Shown: positions 8,958-16,770 of the stretch, in pieces
Numbering within the stretch: position 1 is the first letter of the stretch
Layout of the letters: each line of letters opens with the position of its first letter
From: a virus
Taxonomy: Duplodnaviria; Caudoviricetes
Reading direction: 5' to 3' (one strand)
Length of the DNA stretch: 30,884 nucleotides
IMG/VR virus record: IMGVR_UViG_3300011335_000737
Span: 1-30,884 of that record
Made by a program: the position numbers and the translations under genes
The notes under the pieces: generated by a model
The model's database searches: none
Told to the model about the DNA's origin: nothing
Seen by the model: only the letters and a program-made list of their open reading frames with translations

Positions 8958-10172
8958 TTACACCGTTTCGAGTGTTGCTTTCTTGCCCGTTAGTTTTTCC
9001 CAGCGCGCGACGATGACATCGCAGTACTGCGGAGAGATCTCCATTCCGTAGCACTTGCGGTTGAGTTGTTCTGCGGCAATGAAAGCAGTTCCAGAACCAG
9101 CATAAATATCAGCAACCGTATCGCCCGTCTCGCTGTTGTTGCTGTAAGCGTTAGCGTAAAGGGCGACTGGCTTCATTGTTGGATGGATATTACATTTTTG
9201 CTCTCGGTCTATCTCCCAGATACTAGTTCGATGCTCTCCAGCCATCACTTTTTTGTGTTTTTTGCACCATGTAAAAAGTATTGGCTCATGTTGGTAGTCG
9301 TAGTCAAGTCTTCCCATTGAGAATGTCGGCTGGTTTTTTTTCCATATCAGCACGTGCCTTGGTCGAAGTCCCGCCTCTTGCATCATCATCATCATCATGC
9401 TTAGTTCTCCACCCTGTGGAGCAGTGACAAACAATGAGCAATCTTCAGCCATGATGTTTTTTCTTAGCGATATAAATGCAGGCAATAGCATCGCCTTAAG
9501 ATCATCTGGCTTCATATCGTCTGATTCAATGTTTTCTAAACATATTCCAGCCTTTAAAAAACTGTTCAAAAAACGATTTTTTGCGCCTAACGAAACTCCA
9601 TACGGTGGATCAGTAAACACGCAAACCGCGCGATTGCCGCGCATCAACCGCGCGACATCATCAACGCTCGTCGAGTCGCCGCACATCACGCGATGATCGC
9701 CAAGCAACCACACATCGCCGCGCTTCGTGATCGCGACTGCTGGCGGCTCTGGTACTTCGTCCTCGATGACTTCGTCAGGCGCAAGCAGCGCGTCGATGTC
9801 CGTTTCGTCGAAGCCAGTTGCGAGCGCGAGTTCCTCGTCTTCGATTTGCAGCGCAGCCAGTTGTTCCGCGAGCGAGCCTTCGTCCCACTCTGCGAGTTCA
9901 GCCGTGCGATTGTCGGCGATGGCGTACGCATTCGCTTCGCTTCCCTTGAGCGGCGAGCGCACGATGGCGATCTCGGTGTATCCGAGTTGCTGCGCAGCCA
10001 TCAGCGTCCCGTTACCTGCGCGCACGATGCCGTTCGCGTCGACGACGATCGGCTTCTGCTGCCCGAATCGCTTGAGACTCGCGATGATCGATTGAATGTT
10101 CTTCTCGGGATGCTTGCGCACATTCGCGGGATCGAGAGAGAGAGAAGCAATCGGGACTAGTTCACTTTGCAC
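8958..10172 (-). CDS. ParB-like N-terminal domain fused to an N6-adenine/N4-cytosine DNA methyltransferase (beta class)
   Basis: FGQQKPIVVD...AGNG...ADNR ParB domain, then DPPY, HPTMKP and DIYAGSGT in beta-class order. Confidence 0.92.
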   Translation of the reverse strand: MQSELVPIASLSLDPANVRKHPEKNIQSIIASLKRFGQQKPIVVDANGIVRAGNGTLMAAQQLGYTEIAIVRSPLKGSEANAYAIADNRTAELAEWDEGSLAEQLAALQIEDEELALATGFDETDIDALLAPDEVIEDEVPEPPAVAITKRGDVWLLGDHRVMCGDSTSVDDVARLMRGNRAVCVFTDPPYGVSLGAKNRFLNSFLKAGICLENIESDDMKPDDLKAMLLPAFISLRKNIMAEDCSLFVTAPQGGELSMMMMMMQEAGLRPRHVLIWKKNQPTFSMGRLDYDYQHEPILFTWCKKHKKVMAGEHRTSIWEIDREQKCNIHPTMKPVALYANAYSNNSETGDTVADIYAGSGTAFIAAEQLNRKCYGMEISPQYCDVIVARWEKLTGKKATLETV

Positions 10173-10644
10173 GGTGCGCCTCCATGTTCAAACTACACCA
10201 GTGTCGCGAACAGTTTGCGCCTTCAGCGCCGACGATTTGCAAGCGATCAAAGCCCGACTCTTCAAGCAAGCCAGCCAACTTCGACGCAGTAAAAATCGCG
10301 AGATGTATGTCGTGATTGTCTATGTGACCGCCCATGATGTAGCGTTCGAGTTGATTGTCTTCGAGACCCGACAGCATCGCGCCGACGATCTTTGCGAAGT
10401 CTGGAACAGCGACATAGAGCCGACCGTCTGGCTTGAGTACGCGGTTCCATTCGACGAGCGCGGCTTCCGTTTGGAAGTACGAAATGTGTTCGAGTACATG
10501 AGACGCGCGGATCTCATCGACGCTCTCATCCGCGAGCGCGGAGAGGTCGCGACAGTCGCGACCGTCTTTGATGTCCCAAGACGACCAGCCATCTTCGAGC
10601 GCGCTACCTGCGCCGATGTCGATGCGAACGAGTTGTTCTTCCAT
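10162..10644 (-). CDS. Class I SAM-dependent methyltransferase (small-molecule/glycan type)
   Basis: RIDIGAG, SVDEIRASHVLEHI and RVLKPDGRLYVAVPD motifs. Confidence 0.88.
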   Translation of the reverse strand: MEEQLVRIDIGAGSALEDGWSSWDIKDGRDCRDLSALADESVDEIRASHVLEHISYFQTEAALVEWNRVLKPDGRLYVAVPDFAKIVGAMLSGLEDNQLERYIMGGHIDNHDIHLAIFTASKLAGLLEESGFDRLQIVGAEGANCSRHWCSLNMEAHRAK

Positions 10645-10649
10645 GCTTT

Positions 10650-11024
10650 CTACTCTCCGTTGTTCGCGAGGATCTCGTCCGCGCGCGCGGATCCTAGCAG
10701 CCCGAACGAAACTAAGTACGCCATGCCGCTGACCGTCGCTGGGTCGTCGCTGATGATCTCTTGCGCGGCTTGCGCGAATGTGAGGAAGCGCAGCGTGGTC
10801 GCGTCGGTCTTCGCGGCTGCGAGAATGCCGTCAAGTTCGGCGGTCGTGAATCGATTCAGGAACTGGTACGCCGTCCAGCGCTGCGCGACAAACTCCCAAC
10901 CCGTGTAGTACGCGCCGACGCGCGCATTCATGCCGTCGAGTACGCGCACGCAGTCCGCGACTGGGTCGCTCGACTCGATGAGTTCAACGACGATCGAAGA
11001 TGCATCGAGTCGCGCGTAGATCAT
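10650..11024 (-). CDS. Hypothetical protein, possibly a fibre-associated chaperone
   Basis: 124 aa, coupled (ATGA) to the upstream lectin-like gene; FLNRFT.AE...GLL...RADEIL pattern recalls small fibre-adjacent phage proteins. Confidence 0.55.
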   Translation of the reverse strand: MIYARLDASSIVVELIESSDPVADCVRVLDGMNARVGAYYTGWEFVAQRWTAYQFLNRFTTAELDGILAAAKTDATTLRFLTFAQAAQEIISDDPATVSGMAYLVSFGLLGSARADEILANNGE

Positions 11025-11716
11025 CGAGTCACCGCCATCTGAAAGTCTGCGTAGTCAACGATGATCGCGCGCGACAAAGTGCCTGCGTTCTTGACGATTT
11101 GAACAAGGAACCCAGTGACATCGACAACAGGATCGATCGGAAGATTTCCCGAGCCGCTTATTTCGCCGACATACGCGCCGTTGATGTAGAACTGCGCGAG
11201 CGTAGATGTCGCGTTGATGCAGCATTCAAGGCGATACCAAGTCGAGACCGCGACCGTCACGCCGCTATCGACGGACTCAGTAAGTCCAGTGCTTGAGCAG
11301 ATGCTATAGAGTTGCCAATTTCCCCTGTTGATATTGTCGCGATAGCGGAACATTACCGCGCTTTGCCCGTTGATGTTGTTGAGCAGGTCGTTGAATCCTG
11401 CGATGACTGCGTAGCGGTTTGTCGCATCGCTCAACGCTGATGGTGTTTGCAAGATCGTCGTGAATGTGATCTCGCCATTTGCCATCACGACTTGATTCTG
11501 CAACTGCGAGCAGATTGCCGAGCGTCCCGTTGTGCTTGTCCCTGTTGCAGCCGTTGCGAATCCGTATCGATTGACGAAGGTTCCGACGCTTGTGAATACG
11601 ACAGTGCCGCCGCTCAGTGCCGTCGTGAAATCGCCAGCCGCTTGCATCTCGCTGCGCACCAGGATTGATGTCGCTGGGTCGAGTCGGTCGCGTAGTGGAG
11701 GGTAGGTTGTAATCAT
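11021..11716 (-). CDS. ConA/LamG-like beta-sandwich protein, probably virion-associated
   Basis: Thr/Gly-rich, beta-rich 231 aa with STWYRLE...AQFYING...VG motif. Confidence 0.55.
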   Translation of the reverse strand: MITTYPPLRDRLDPATSILVRSEMQAAGDFTTALSGGTVVFTSVGTFVNRYGFATAATGTSTTGRSAICSQLQNQVVMANGEITFTTILQTPSALSDATNRYAVIAGFNDLLNNINGQSAVMFRYRDNINRGNWQLYSICSSTGLTESVDSGVTVAVSTWYRLECCINATSTLAQFYINGAYVGEISGSGNLPIDPVVDVTGFLVQIVKNAGTLSRAIIVDYADFQMAVTR

Positions 11717-12045
11717 GCTTCGCCGTCTCGCTTGCGGTTGCAGTTGCAGTGCGCGAGTTCGATTGCCTGCGCGTCGATCGCTGCGTTGAGAACTCGATTC
11801 TCTGCGAGCAGATGATCGAGCGTCTTCTTGATTGCGCTTCGCGAAAGTTCGCTTCGTAGTCTGTCGATTTCGTCGGCGGCTTGCTTCGTCATGCCGTGCG
11901 CCAGTTCGCGCGCGATTGCGTCGGCTGTCGTGTTCGCGCGCCAGTAGCGAATCGTGTACTCGATCATGCCTCCATCGACAGTCGCCGTGACAACCGCCAT
12001 CTTGCGAAGCAGCGCGGTGATGTCATCGGCTTGATTTGCGATCAT
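11713..12045 (-). CDS. Hypothetical coiled-coil protein
   Basis: MIANQADD... after AAGGT; contains AADEIDRLR; stop overlaps the next start. Confidence 0.6.
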   Translation of the reverse strand: MIANQADDITALLRKMAVVTATVDGGMIEYTIRYWRANTTADAIARELAHGMTKQAADEIDRLRSELSRSAIKKTLDHLLAENRVLNAAIDAQAIELAHCNCNRKRDGEA

Positions 12046-12304
12046 CGTATTTACCTTTTGCGCGCGCGAATCCTTCGCTCGCTTCAAAGTCTGCGAGTAC
12101 CTGCGGATGCACGCGACGCGCTTTGGTTTCGGGAAGCGTGAAGCCAAGCAGCCTACCCGAGTCAATCCATCGCGCGATCAATCGTTGAGTCACGCCGAGC
12201 CGCTTCGCGCAGTCGCCAGTAGTGAGCCATACGACGGGCGCGAGTTTGCTCGCGTCTATCGCTGGCTCTACGCGAGGAATGCGCGAGCGCGCTAGCGTCA
12301 TCAT
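12023..12304 (-). CDS. Excisionase/MerR-like helix-turn-helix DNA-binding protein
   Basis: WLTTGDCAKRLGVTQRLIARWIDSGRL...RRV; ATGA coupling at 12301-12304. Confidence 0.8.
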   Translation of the reverse strand: MMTLARSRIPRVEPAIDASKLAPVVWLTTGDCAKRLGVTQRLIARWIDSGRLLGFTLPETKARRVHPQVLADFEASEGFARAKGKYDDRKSSR

Positions 12305-12534
12305 CCACCGTTGCCGATCGCTTCCATAAACGAAGGCGGCACGCAGTACCAACCTTCGGGAATCGTCACGGCGTTCTCGCTGAGTCGCCATTCACCATCG
12401 ACCGATGCGTACACCGTTCCGCGCACTTGACCGATGCGAATCGGTGACGACTCATTTACTAGGATGGTTCTTGAGCAGCCAAAGCCGCAGGCGAGTACCA
12501 GCGCGGCGCAGATCATCAGGCTTGCTTGTCGCAT
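12301..12534 (-). CDS. Small lipoprotein, candidate o-spanin (Rz1-like)
   Basis: Signal MRQASLMICAALVLACGFGC with lipobox-like Cys; overlaps the upstream membrane ORF in another frame; lies in a holin-like cluster. Confidence 0.55.
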   Translation of the reverse strand: MRQASLMICAALVLACGFGCSRTILVNESSPIRIGQVRGTVYASVDGEWRLSENAVTIPEGWYCVPPSFMEAIGNGG

Positions 12535-12619
12535 CTTTCGCAACGCTCCCGCGCTCAATGCGCTTGTCGAGCCATGAGAAGAGAGCGAGCGCAATTTGAG
12601 CGACGATTCTTTCGAGCAT
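12452..12619 (-). CDS. Small membrane-anchored protein, candidate i-spanin (Rz-like)
   Basis: MLERIVAQIALALFSWL... after GGAGG; 3' end overlaps the lipoprotein gene by 83 nt. Confidence 0.45.
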   Translation of the reverse strand: MLERIVAQIALALFSWLDKRIERGSVAKDATSKPDDLRRAGTRLRLWLLKNHPSK

Positions 12620-12624
12620 TTCAT

Positions 12625-12843
12625 TTAGCCTCCATCGTTGTTTTTCTCTTCGAGTTTGCGGCGAAGCCAAGTGATCTCTTCAGCCGCAAGATGTAGTTCG
12701 CGCTTGATGTCTGTCCAGAACGAGAACATCGGCGCATCGTGCAACAGGCGCAGACGCTCGACGCGCCCGAGCGTGTGTTCCATCTTCTCCATGTAGTGCT
12801 GGCTCACGCGAGACCAGCCATCGTCTCCATCGGGCGCGTTCAT
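12625..12843 (-). CDS. Hypothetical protein (72 aa)
   Basis: ATGA-coupled to the upstream holin-like gene and fills the gap exactly. Confidence 0.6.
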   Translation of the reverse strand: MNAPDGDDGWSRVSQHYMEKMEHTLGRVERLRLLHDAPMFSFWTDIKRELHLAAEEITWLRRKLEEKNNDGG

Positions 12844-13037
12844 TTCGCGCCTGCGGCTTCGCTCGTCACGCCGTTGTCGCGAGCGAAGAAACCGATCCCG
12901 ATCGCGGCGAGCGCAGCGAAGACTGCTTCAATGCTGAACACCGTCGCGGGATCATTGTCGAGTAGCGCCGACGCTTGAAGCGATAGGATCGAGAGACCGG
13001 CGAGAACACCGACGGTAGTTGTCTTCCATGATTTCAT
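12840..13037 (-). CDS. Holin-like two-TM protein
   Basis: MKSWKTT start, two hydrophobic segments, FARD tail; 65 aa. Confidence 0.65.
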   Translation of the reverse strand: MKSWKTTTVGVLAGLSILSLQASALLDNDPATVFSIEAVFAALAAIGIGFFARDNGVTSEAAGAK

Positions 13038-13300
13038 TGGTAGTCTTTCTTTTTGAGTTCTGCGAGACCGTGCTTCGCAAGGTCAATTGTGAGATGGCTC
13101 AACGCATCCGCGATCTTCTCGACAGTCACTTCGAGTCTACGAATCCTATCGGCTGATTGAGTGCGGTCGGCTTCGAGCAGCGTCTGAATATGTCGCAAGT
13201 CGGTGCGAAGACCGTACATCTGACCGAGCAGCCAGACGACCGCGCCGATACTAGGGAACAGCACGATACCGACGATCTTGAGGACATCTTCAATCGTCAA
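13034..13300 (-). CDS. Single-TM plus coiled-coil protein (lysis-cassette type)
   Basis: TTG start 6 nt after GGAGA; IVGIVLFPSIGAVVWLL followed by a heptad-like region. Confidence 0.6.
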   Translation of the reverse strand: MTIEDVLKIVGIVLFPSIGAVVWLLGQMYGLRTDLRHIQTLLEADRTQSADRIRRLEVTVEKIADALSHLTIDLAKHGLAELKKKDYQ

Positions 13301-13643
13301 CGGATTTCTCCAAAGCAGAGACTCTACGCGATAGGGCGCGCAGGTCGCTAAGCGCGACGAGTAGATAGAAATCGGTGTCTCCATTCTCGCGGAGCAGCAC
13401 GACAGGGACATCTCCTGGTTTCGCTGCGTCAACAGCGGCTTGTTCGTAGAACCGCAAGCAGGAATGCGCGGCTCGCGACTTAACTTCAAAGTGAACGCCG
13501 TCGAGCGTCGTAGTTAAGTCGGCATCGCCAGCGCCGCCGCAGTACTGGACGCTGCGCCGCGCTTCAATGCTTAGCCAGTAGTTAAGCGCCTTCGCGGCTT
13601 CGCGTTCCATGCGCTTACCTTTTTGTTTGCTGAGTGATCCCAT
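13290..13643 (-). CDS. Holliday junction resolvase-like PD-(D/E)xK nuclease
   Basis: SKQKGKRMERE...GDADL...HFEVK, the Hjc-like phage pattern. Confidence 0.82.
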   Translation of the reverse strand: MGSLSKQKGKRMEREAAKALNYWLSIEARRSVQYCGGAGDADLTTTLDGVHFEVKSRAAHSCLRFYEQAAVDAAKPGDVPVVLLRENGDTDFYLLVALSDLRALSRRVSALEKSVDD

Positions 13644-13650
13644 TCTAAGC

Positions 13651-13661
13651 ACTCTATCGGC
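13651..13661 (-). promoter_or_regulatory. Candidate promoter (GCCGA-TAGAGT), possibly leaderless, at the start of the late block
   Basis: CCGATAGAGTG is identical to the -10 region at 21662-21672; 7 nt separate TAGAGT from ATG 13643; no -35 match. Confidence 0.5.
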
Positions 13662-13701
13662 AAACGCCTACTTTTTATAGAGCCGATGGAATGTAAGTTC
13701 C

Positions 13702-13932
13702 CTATCTTGCGAAGCCCGAACATAGTTCGTTAAGACCGATATGGGATTCATGGAGCGGGAAGCCATGCCCGATGAACACGCGCGCGACGGTCTGCGCGTT
13801 GAGCGCGATGCGTACGCGGATCTTCGCCGCTTCGATGTCGTTGCGACCCAGCGCGATAGCCGTCGCGTGGATGCGTCCGCGCTTCTCATGCCGCGCGAAG
13901 CCGCGAACGATGTAAGTCTCGGGCGCGCTCAT
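13702..13932 (-). CDS. Hypothetical protein (76 aa)
   Basis: MSAPETYIV...; ATGA-coupled to the upstream ORF. Confidence 0.55.
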   Translation of the reverse strand: MSAPETYIVRGFARHEKRGRIHATAIALGRNDIEAAKIRVRIALNAQTVARVFIGHGFPLHESHIGLNELCSGFAR

Positions 13933-14078
13933 CTTCGCGCCACGCTGGCGACTCTGTCCGCGAGAGAGCAGATAGAGAGATAGAGCGTGAGACCCACGAC
14001 GGTGAAGAGAAAGCACACTTCGCGCATGAAGATGAGCGCCGCGCTCTCGTCAGGTCGGTCGTCGTAATCGTCGTTCAT
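13929..14078 (-). CDS. Small single-TM protein (49 aa; not in ORF track)
   Basis: MNDDYDDRPDESAALIFMREVCFLFTVVGLTLYLSICSLADRVASVARR; GGAGG upstream; ATGA overlaps at both ends. Confidence 0.65.
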   Translation of the reverse strand: MNDDYDDRPDESAALIFMREVCFLFTVVGLTLYLSICSLADRVASVARR

Positions 14079-14305
14079 TGTGTCGCCTCCTTGAAGCAAT
14101 CCCACCCTCGCCGTGCGGCGTGTTCAACCCTCAGAGTCGAGAGGCGAACATTCGATCCCAGCAGAGACAGGTTTTCTGCCGTTCTCTCACACACTTCACG
14201 CCGCGCTTCGTCGCGCTCGCTAATCGCTTCGTCGCGCTCTTTAATGATGTTTTCGGTAACGGCTAATAGGTCACCTAAGCGGCGCATATAGTCATGAACA
14301 TTCAT
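14075..14305 (-). CDS. Hypothetical protein, ERD.ARR..C...WDCFK family copy 1
   Basis: ERDEARREVC...RGWDCFKEATQ; paralogous to 14302-14565. Confidence 0.7.
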   Translation of the reverse strand: MNVHDYMRRLGDLLAVTENIIKERDEAISERDEARREVCERTAENLSLLGSNVRLSTLRVEHAARRGWDCFKEATQ

Positions 14306-14565
14306 GGTGTCGCCTGCTTGAAACAATCCCAGTTTCTTTCGTCGGCAAAATCGCGCATAAATAAATCGCGCCCACGATCAATACTCCAGTCGTCGGGGGT
14401 CGCGAATATATCCCAACCGCCCGTAGCCAACGCACCGCACGCTAGCCGCCGCGCAGCGTCGCGCTCTTTGGTGACCTGTTTGAGTTCACCCTCAAGCCGA
14501 GCGGCTTCCGTGTTTGCCGCAAAAATTGCGCTGATCATTTCATTGTGTGTCAATGGTTTGGTCAT
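14302..14565 (-). CDS. Hypothetical protein, ERD.ARR..C...WDCFK family copy 2
   Basis: ERDAARRLAC...RNWDCFKQATP. Confidence 0.7.
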   Translation of the reverse strand: MTKPLTHNEMISAIFAANTEAARLEGELKQVTKERDAARRLACGALATGGWDIFATPDDWSIDRGRDLFMRDFADERNWDCFKQATP

Positions 14566-14611
14566 GGTCTCAATCTTCCATCGATGTTCTCCTTGGCGCG
14601 TGAGTTAATGC

Positions 14612-14791
14612 TCACGGCTGGGGATCCAACCATTTATTAAAGCACAATGCGCACTTCTTGCAAGCATCCCAACACTTCGTGAGGTTGTCCTCATTCGGGC
14701 AGTCATCACAGATGCGAACCGTCCTACCGCAATTGCAGGTGTGCTTGGTGACTTTGTCATTGGGGATATCCCCGTGGTCGTAAACCTTCAT
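14612..14791 (-). CDS. Cys-rich small protein (59 aa)
   Basis: GGAGG upstream; CNC, CDDC, CWDAC, CALC. Confidence 0.6.
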   Translation of the reverse strand: MKVYDHGDIPNDKVTKHTCNCGRTVRICDDCPNEDNLTKCWDACKKCALCFNKWLDPQP

Positions 14792-14843
14792 ATCGTGCCC
14801 TCCTTTGTTGGTGGCGCTTGGCGCGAATAGCGCTCGTTCGCGC

Positions 14844-15056
14844 TCATCGCTCTTCCTTCCTCTCGATGCGCGGAAGCCCGAGCAGGTCGTCCGCTGCATC
14901 TTCCGCAGCGTGGAGCCGCGCGAACGATTCGCGCGTCGTCAACTCAAGATTGCAAAGTTCGCGATCCGCGAGTCGGTACGCCATCAGAACATCGCGATAG
15001 GTCGCGATGTTCGCGGCAAGACGCGCGCGCATTTCTTCCATTGAGTCAATCTGCAT
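14844..15056 (-). CDS. Hypothetical protein (70 aa)
   Basis: TGATG coupling with the upstream gene; helical composition. Confidence 0.55.
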   Translation of the reverse strand: MQIDSMEEMRARLAANIATYRDVLMAYRLADRELCNLELTTRESFARLHAAEDAADDLLGLPRIERKEER

Positions 15057-15271
15057 CAGACGACCTTCCCTTCTGCGTACTTCGTCGGCTGCGGAACATA
15101 CTCAACGGGCGCAATCTTGCCGCAAGCCATGCATTTCAGTTGCGGGATGACCTGAGCGTGGAAATACGCATCGTCATACCCGTTGCGCTTCACTTTGTCG
15201 CCGCAATGCTCGCAAATAAACATCGCCGTAAAGTCGCGTCGGTGCTGGCTGATCATTGTCTCAATCCTCAT
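15056..15271 (-). CDS. Zinc-ribbon protein (71 aa)
   Basis: RRDF...CEHCG...GYDD..FH...CMACG; preceded by the start-associated hairpin. Confidence 0.75.
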   Translation of the reverse strand: MRIETMISQHRRDFTAMFICEHCGDKVKRNGYDDAYFHAQVIPQLKCMACGKIAPVEYVPQPTKYAEGKVV

Positions 15272-15285
15272 CGTCTCTCGATTCT

Positions 15286-15299
15286 GCGGCTCATGCCGC
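15286..15299 (-). promoter_or_regulatory. Start-associated hairpin (GCGGC-ATGA-GCCGC)
   Basis: Followed by AGAATCGAGAGACG-ATG. Confidence 0.7.
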
Positions 15300-15300
15300 G

Positions 15301-15693
15301 TTAAGTTGCCTGCCATACGCGAGCGTTCCGACCGCTGCGCGTCTTTCGTTTCGCCGTCGCGATCACCGCGCCAGAGTTCATCAAGCCATTGATGGCGGCG
15401 CTAGCCGATTGATGCGTGAGGTTAAGCGCGATCTCGACTTCATCGCAGGTTGATGGATTCTCGCGAATGTACGCGAGGATTCGCGCAGGCTGATCAGCGA
15501 GACGCTGCGCGTACGCTTCGTCCTGCGTTGCCCATCGCGTCTCCTGGTGCTGCGTTGACCTTGGAGGATCGACCGTCGCGAAGCGCGCGTTGGGCAACGC
15601 GTTCTTCGATATAGATTGTGGGCTTGGAAGATTTGCAGCGAAGAGCGGCGAGGCGCTCCAATCGGGTTTCGTCGCGTAGTTTTTGTCGCTCAT
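15301..15693 (-). CDS. Winged helix-turn-helix DNA-binding protein
   Basis: RILAYIREN.STCDEVE.ALNLTHQSASAAINGL...G...RKTRSGRNARVW; start uncertain. Confidence 0.75.
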   Translation of the reverse strand: MSDKNYATKPDWSASPLFAANLPSPQSISKNALPNARFATVDPPRSTQHQETRWATQDEAYAQRLADQPARILAYIRENPSTCDEVEIALNLTHQSASAAINGLMNSGAVIATAKRKTRSGRNARVWQAT

Positions 15694-16087
15694 GTAGCGC
15701 CCGAGCCTTCTCTATTAATGCAGATTTCTCTGCTTTGCGTTTGATGTCTGCTGCTCTGTTCTTTATTTTCAAGCGGTTCAATTCGTTCTCAGCACGATAA
15801 AACATCCCGCGCAGTTTTTGTAATTGCTTGTCGTGCGCTTGCACTAGGTCGCGCCATCCGTTCGGCTTGCTCCATGTTTCTGCGGTCAAGCCGTAGCGCG
15901 CGAGTAAGGCGTGCGCTTGACGCAGCAGGTCTTCAAGTTCCCTGTTTTTCTCTTGTGTTAACCGCAGGTTTTCGCGCGTTGAGCGCAGGTCGATGACATC
16001 GAACTTGCGCCGCTCGTTCTCAATCAACGGCGCAAAAGACCGCGCGAAGGCGGCTTCCTGTTCTAGTCGTGTTTTGTTGTCGCTCAT
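15494..16087 (-). CDS. Hypothetical coiled-coil protein (197 aa)
   Basis: MSDNKTR... after GAGGAG, ATGA-coupled; the last 200 nt overlap the wHTH ORF. Confidence 0.55.
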   Translation of the reverse strand: MSDNKTRLEQEAAFARSFAPLIENERRKFDVIDLRSTRENLRLTQEKNRELEDLLRQAHALLARYGLTAETWSKPNGWRDLVQAHDKQLQKLRGMFYRAENELNRLKIKNRAADIKRKAEKSALIEKARALHERQKLRDETRLERLAALRCKSSKPTIYIEERVAQRALRDGRSSKVNAAPGDAMGNAGRSVRAASR

Positions 16088-16281
16088 TCGCTGCGCTCCT
16101 CTACGGTTTGCGCGACGGCTCGCGTGATGCGAACCGACTGATCGAAGCAGAACGCGACCTTGATTTTTGCATCGTTCGGAACGCGCTTGATGGTCACCGT
16201 TCCGATTTCCACGCCGCCGATGGCAAGCGTAATTTCGTCGTCTTCGCGCATATTGCGAAGTATGCATCCTCGTTTTTTCAT
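16084..16281 (-). CDS. Divergent CsrA/RsmA-like RNA-binding protein (65 aa)
   Basis: GGAGG upstream; CILRNMREDDEITL...GTVTIKRVPNDAKIKVAFCFDQSVRITR follows the CsrA pattern (LILTRRVGETLMI...VTVTVLGV.GNQVRIGVNAPKEVSVHR) in size and strand spacing. Confidence 0.55.
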   Translation of the reverse strand: MKKRGCILRNMREDDEITLAIGGVEIGTVTIKRVPNDAKIKVAFCFDQSVRITRAVAQTVEERSE

Positions 16282-16550
16282 ATCGCCTCCATGCTGGCGC
16301 GACTCCCAGCGTCGGTCGGCGCGAAGCCGACCGACGCGCTGAGGAGACGAGCATCCGCATCCTGCGGGTTCAGCGGGTCGCAGTGTACTCGCACGCGATA
16401 CGCGCACGCGCGGCGAATCCACATGAGCGCGCGCGCTTCGTCCAGCGTCTGCGGAACGGTTCGCTCGGCGAGCGACGCGAGACCGTCGCAGACGCGAGAC
16501 GAGAGATGAGGTCGTCGGTCGGTTCCTGATGCTTTTGCGTGGTCAATCAT
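16278..16550 (-). CDS. Hypothetical protein (90 aa)
   Basis: MIDHAKASGTDRRP...; stop overlaps the CsrA-like start. Confidence 0.55.
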   Translation of the reverse strand: MIDHAKASGTDRRPHLSSRVCDGLASLAERTVPQTLDEARALMWIRRACAYRVRVHCDPLNPQDADARLLSASVGFAPTDAGSRASMEAI

Positions 16551-16770
16551 TGTGTCGATCCTCCCAGTATCGGATGGCGTTCTCGTTCGGGTCGTTCTCA
16601 AAGTTACTCGGGCATGGGTCGCTGTGGCTAATCTCTCGACTGAGCCTAGGCAAATCAAAAACATCGTCGCACTTTGCGCACATATACGAACGACCGACGA
16701 ACTCAACCTTGCATTGGCAGCAAGTCTTGAGCGGTCGTCGGTCAGTTCCTGATGCCTTCTCGTTATTCAT
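16543..16770 (-). CDS. Zinc-finger-like protein (75 aa)
   Basis: CCQC...CAKC; shares N-terminal KASGTDRRP with the next gene. Confidence 0.6.
   Translation of the reverse strand: MNNEKASGTDRRPLKTCCQCKVEFVGRSYMCAKCDDVFDLPRLSREISHSDPCPSNFENDPNENAIRYWEDRHND

Noticed and set aside
8623-9054. N-terminal extension of terL overlapping terS (and similar extensions in many track ORFs)
   Set aside because: Longest-ORF artefact; downstream starts with stop-start coupling fit better.
9381-9398. (CAT)6 tract encoding MMMMMM in the DNA methyltransferase as a phase-variation switch
   Set aside because: Triplet slippage keeps the frame, so it cannot switch the gene off.
12023-12304. Excisionase-like HTH as evidence of an integrating prophage
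   Set aside because: No integrase or att site found and the gene lies in the late block; this fold is also common in plain regulators.
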